A stretch of DNA of 50,374 nt from contig NZ_DATCRF010000365.1 of the NCBI RefSeq assembly GCF_036569125.1, positions 1 to 50,374 of the forward strand, given 5' to 3'. This stretch comes from Chitinophaga sp. GTDB lineage: Bacteria > Bacteroidota > Bacteroidia > Chitinophagales > Chitinophagaceae. This document shows, one piece after another, positions 46,473 to 50,374 of the stretch. The notes below the pieces were generated by a model. That model worked only from the letters and a program-made list of their open reading frames with translations, searched no databases and was not told where the DNA came from. A program made the translations under genes and the position numbers. Position 1 is the stretch's first letter. The number at the start of each line of letters is the position of its first letter.

Positions 46473-49400
46473 ATGCATTTAAAAGTTACTCCTAAAGGTT
46501 CTTTAAGAGCTTTTATTTTTGCTGTCATCTCCTGTATCCCGCTGCTCGTGGCTATGGGAGCCTATGCCCGTATTGCCCCTGCAAAGGCTGTATTTTCCCG
46601 GCAAACCTATAACAGCTGGCAGCAGGCCTACCTGCAGGATCATCCCTTTGCTCCCTTTGCCCTAAAGGAAACGGCTATACGCTTTTTTGGCGGAGCACCC
46701 GGCCCCTTATGGAGCTTTGCCGCTACCCAAAGCAATTTTGTTACCGGCATATGCCTGGGCTGCGGGGTAACCAACCCCGCCCGCGCCGTTGATAGCGATA
46801 CCACTACCTACTCCGCCCTGGTAACACTGGTGGGTGTAGGCGGTACTGTAACACAGCGGCTTACTTTTGCCGGCGATTACCAGGCCGGTGATAAAATAGC
46901 GCTGGACCTGGAAGTGCCCGGCCAGCTGCTGGCCGGTGGCTTATTGTCCGGCATTACCGTACAAACGCTCAATAACGGAATACTGAATAATGATGCAACC
47001 GCTTTAAATGGTTCCCTGGTACAGGTGAATTTGTTAGGCAGCGCAGCCAGTAAGTTCCGTGCAATTATACCGGTAACAAAGGCCTTTAATGCCATACAGG
47101 TAACTACCGGTTCCGTACTGGCAGCTTTAGGCTCCTTAAGGATCTATGAGGCCGCAGCCATTGTACCGGTGACCGTAAACCCCGATAGTACCGTAATAGT
47201 ATCAGGGCAAAGCGCTTCTTTCACCGCGGCATCCCGCTTATCAGGCGCACAGTTCAAATGGTACAGCAGCCCCACCGGCGGCACTGCCCTGCATACCGGC
47301 GCTACCTTTAATACCCCGCCCCTTACAGCAGCAGCTACCTATTATGTAGAGGCTACTACTCCCGATAATTTAAGCAGCTATATACGTACGCCCGTTGTAG
47401 TTAGAGTGTCCGGCGCACCCGGCCCTATCTGGACGTATGGCGATGAACAGGACGGGCCCTTTGTTGGCGGCGCTGCCTGCGTTCTGTGTTCGGTAAGCAA
47501 TCCCGCACAGGCGGCAGACGGCGATACTACCACCGCATCAGCTTTCACAATGCCGCTGGGACTGGCCACCACATTAGGCCAGCGGGTGATATTCCCGGGT
47601 GTGTACTACCCCGGCGATAGCCTGGTGCTGATCCTGGAAACACCGGCCAACCTCCTTAGCGGACAGCTATTACCTAACCTCATTGTACAAACCTATCATG
47701 ATGCTATCCTGGGCGCTCCGGTAGCAAACGATGATGCAACGGTGCTGGATGCTCAGCTGGCGCGGATAGACCTGCTGGGCCTTTCCGGAGGCAACCGTAA
47801 ATTCAGGGTTACACTGCCCATACAGGATACCTGTGATGCAGTGCAGGTGAACCTGAGATCTACCGCATCGCTTTCGCTGGCGCAAAACCTTAAATTATAT
47901 GAAGCCGTGGCTATGGTGCCGGTAACGGTTACCCCTTCGCCCGATACTGTGGCTTATCATCAAACCGCTACTTTAACACCCTCATCGCGTATAGCAGGCG
48001 CTACCTACAACTGGTACGCATCTCCCACCGGTGGCGCACCGCTGGCCACCGGTACATTTACCACCCCGCCGCTTACCCGTAATGCTACTTACTATGTAGA
48101 GGCAGTAGACCCGCTGGGTAAAACCAGCTTTAAACGTACAGCCGTACCCGTAATAGTAGCCGGTGGTGCCGGCCCCTTGTGGACGTATGGTGTGGACCAG
48201 CAAAGCCCCATAACCGGCGGTATTGCCTGCGTGCTGTGCGCCGTTAACAACCCTAACCTGGCTGTAGATGAAGATACCACTACCGCTTCGCGCCTGGTGC
48301 TGCCGGTAGGCGTAGCTACCTACGTAGGGCAGCAGATCCGCTTCCCGGCTGAATACCAGGCCGGCGACAGCGTGGTATTTTTCTTAGGTACGCAGAACAA
48401 TCCCCTGGCTACCGCCAATCTGCTGAACGGCATCCGGGTACAAACTTTCAATGGCGCCACCCCTAATGGTGATGCCACCTTCCTGAACAGCAGCCTTATT
48501 AAGCTGGACCTGCTGGGCATAGACGGCGGTATTAATAAATTCCGTGTAGCCTTTGCCGCTACACAACCGTTTGATGGTACCCGTATAGACCTTACCTCTA
48601 CCGTAGGTTTATTAGACGGTTTAAATGTATATGAAGCCGCCGCCATGATGCCGGTACAGGTAACCAGGGTAAACCCCGCATCCGATACCGTAGAAGTGGG
48701 CAAAACGGCCAGCTTTACAGCCGGTATTCCGCGTATTCCCAATGCTACCTTCAGCTGGTATGAAACACCAACCGGCGGCACGCCTGTATTTACCGGCGCT
48801 AACTTTACCACACCGGACATACTGGATAACAAGGTGTATTATGTAGAAGCATTTTCACCCAACGATGGCTTACATAGCCTGATACGTACAGCTGTACCCA
48901 TTTACGCCAAGGCGGTGAATAACCTCCTGTGCGGGGCCGCCGCCACACAATCCGCCGGCACCAGTGGTGTAGCGTGTTTGGGTTGTTCCGTAATAAATCC
49001 CTTACTGGCCATTGATGGCGATGTGAATAGCGCATCTGAGCTGCGTGTAACCATTGGCCTGCTGGGCGGGGTGTACCAGGGTTTAGGCTTTAGCGCATTA
49101 AGCGGCGCTAAGGATACGCTGCGTATAGGCGTGGGCGTCAACACCGGCCTGTTAAACCTGGGCGCCTTATCCGGTTTAACCTTTACCCTGTATAGCGGTA
49201 ATACCCAGGTAGCGCAGGCTAATAACGCAGCCCTGCTGGATCTGCATCTGCTGGGTGATACTACCCGCGGAGAAATTGTTTTTGCGCCCGGCGTAGCATT
49301 CGACAGTGTAAAAATAGATTTCAACGCTTTACTGGCAGCCATCAGCTCCTTCAGGATCTACTACGCTAAATTCACCCCGCCCAACGCCGTGGTGGCAGAC

Positions 49401-50374
49401 AGCGTGGTAAGGGCATGCCCCGGCGGCAGTGTAGCTTTAAAGGCTACTTTGCCTGCAGGTAGCGTGTTCCGCTGGTACGATTCCTATTCCGGCGGTAACC
49501 TGTTGTTCACCGGCGCCACCTTTAACGCCGGCAACATTACTTCAGATACTACTTTTTATGTAGAAGCAGTATCCACCGGTGCAGATGCCTGCGGCAGCAA
49601 TACCCGCACGCCGGTTCAGGTAAAACTGGGCCTGCCTGCTGTTGCGGTGAACCCGTCCACCATTACAATAGACAAAGGGCATACTGCCACCTTTAACGTA
49701 ATATCTCCCAACGCTAATTATACTTACCGCTGGTTTACAGCAAATACCGGCGGCACAGCCATTCACACCGGCGCACAGTTCATAACCGCTGCGCTGGATT
49801 CCAATACTGTTTATTATGTGCAGGCCGATTCCAGCGGCTGCAGCAGTAAGCGTACGCCCGTTTACGTTATTATCTCCACCTTACCGCCGGTACCGGATAT
49901 TATTCCCGATACCGCCTATGTAAGCACCGGCCAAAGGGCCACCTTCCGTATTGCCAATCCTGATCCGGCGCTTACTTACCGCTGGTATAGTGTGGATAGC
50001 GGCGGCGTAGTGCTGGCTACAGATACTATTTATACTACCCCTGCCATAACTGCAAATGGTAAAGTATATGCAGAGGCGGTGAATGCCTCTAACCAGGCCA
50101 GCCGCACCCGCGCAGTAGGCGTTATACAGCTGGTGAATGCACCCGGCGGTTTGCCCTGTACCTACAGCAATGCGCAGCAAAGCCCGGTATACACCGCACC
50201 GCTCAGCATTTGCCTGTTGTGCAGTGTAACCAACCCGGGTAATGCTATAGACGGGGATACCACTACGGCCTCCCACATCCGCTCTAATGTAGGTATTGGT
50301 TATATAGGCCAGCACCTGCAATTCCAGCACCCCGGCATGGCGGGCGATAGCATTCGCCTGATACTGGGCCTGCC
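46473..50374 (+). CDS. Very large repetitive surface/adhesin-like protein (CxxC beta-domain and Ig-like CHU_C-associated repeats), truncated by the window edge
   Basis: Not in ORF track. ATG at 46473, signal peptide MHLKVTPKGSLRAFIFAVISCIPLLVAMGAYA, frame checked at several points through to the end. Repeated WY..PTGG...F.TP.L...TYYVEA Ig modules and C-x-x-C-x-V-x-N-P..A.D.D modules. Confidence 0.88.
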   Translation, partial: MHLKVTPKGSLRAFIFAVISCIPLLVAMGAYARIAPAKAVFSRQTYNSWQQAYLQDHPFAPFALKETAIRFFGGAPGPLWSFAATQSNFVTGICLGCGVTNPARAVDSDTTTYSALVTLVGVGGTVTQRLTFAGDYQAGDKIALDLEVPGQLLAGGLLSGITVQTLNNGILNNDATALNGSLVQVNLLGSAASKFRAIIPVTKAFNAIQVTTGSVLAALGSLRIYEAAAIVPVTVNPDSTVIVSGQSASFTAASRLSGAQFKWYSSPTGGTALHTGATFNTPPLTAAATYYVEATTPDNLSSYIRTPVVVRVSGAPGPIWTYGDEQDGPFVGGAACVLCSVSNPAQAADGDTTTASAFTMPLGLATTLGQRVIFPGVYYPGDSLVLILETPANLLSGQLLPNLIVQTYHDAILGAPVANDDATVLDAQLARIDLLGLSGGNRKFRVTLPIQDTCDAVQVNLRSTASLSLAQNLKLYEAVAMVPVTVTPSPDTVAYHQTATLTPSSRIAGATYNWYASPTGGAPLATGTFTTPPLTRNATYYVEAVDPLGKTSFKRTAVPVIVAGGAGPLWTYGVDQQSPITGGIACVLCAVNNPNLAVDEDTTTASRLVLPVGVATYVGQQIRFPAEYQAGDSVVFFLGTQNNPLATANLLNGIRVQTFNGATPNGDATFLNSSLIKLDLLGIDGGINKFRVAFAATQPFDGTRIDLTSTVGLLDGLNVYEAAAMMPVQVTRVNPASDTVEVGKTASFTAGIPRIPNATFSWYETPTGGTPVFTGANFTTPDILDNKVYYVEAFSPNDGLHSLIRTAVPIYAKAVNNLLCGAAATQSAGTSGVACLGCSVINPLLAIDGDVNSASELRVTIGLLGGVYQGLGFSALSGAKDTLRIGVGVNTGLLNLGALSGLTFTLYSGNTQVAQANNAALLDLHLLGDTTRGEIVFAPGVAFDSVKIDFNALLAAISSFRIYYAKFTPPNAVVADSVVRACPGGSVALKATLPAGSVFRWYDSYSGGNLLFTGATFNAGNITSDTTFYVEAVSTGADACGSNTRTPVQVKLGLPAVAVNPSTITIDKGHTATFNVISPNANYTYRWFTANTGGTAIHTGAQFITAALDSNTVYYVQADSSGCSSKRTPVYVIISTLPPVPDIIPDTAYVSTGQRATFRIANPDPALTYRWYSVDSGGVVLATDTIYTTPAITANGKVYAEAVNASNQASRTRAVGVIQLVNAPGGLPCTYSNAQQSPVYTAPLSICLLCSVTNPGNAIDGDTTTASHIRSNVGIGYIGQHLQFQHPGMAGDSIRLILGL

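Noticed and set aside
46877-50330. Many short minus-strand ORFs in the track
   Set aside because: All lie opposite the single long plus-strand surface-protein frame.

Overview
A ~50 kb chromosomal window from a Bacteroidota member, probably Chitinophagaceae (inferred from SusC/SusD loci, TAnnTTTG-type promoters and gene content). 1-13147 (-): polysaccharide-utilization locus with two tandem susC/susD pairs plus fasciclin, fasciclin-CBM6, DUF5007-like and DUF5008-like lipoproteins, truncated at the left edge. 13.7-27.8 kb: a GH114-like hydrolase that looks circularly permuted, GGT, HxlR regulator, CBM9-like, GHL10, GH92, NagX-like, BP74-like protein, two L,D-transpeptidases and a PhyH-family gene. 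The most striking part is 27.9-31.5 kb, an apparent translation-stress operon. A promoter is followed by two tandem leader-peptide/terminator attenuators, an array of 8 slightly degenerate tRNAs (Asp, rare Ile-UAU, Ile-GAU, Gln, His, Lys, Asn, Phe) and an RNase H-like YkuK gene. Next come ~730 nt of densely structured non-coding sequence with two circularly permuted tRNA-like (YrlA/Y-RNA-like) domains, and a slipin/SPFH gene. 31.5-45.7 kb: orphan SusD-like fusion, NPP phosphodiesterase, uxuA, cupin, Kef system, ClC channel, transglutaminase-like protein and an HTH-NACHT-TPR STAND protein. The STAND gene is divergent from a >1300-aa repetitive CxxC/Ig-like surface protein that runs off the right edge. 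Several intergenic elements are bounded by inverted heptamer tandem repeats, and two are diverged copies of one MITE-like family. All calls come from manual motif reading; no searches were run.
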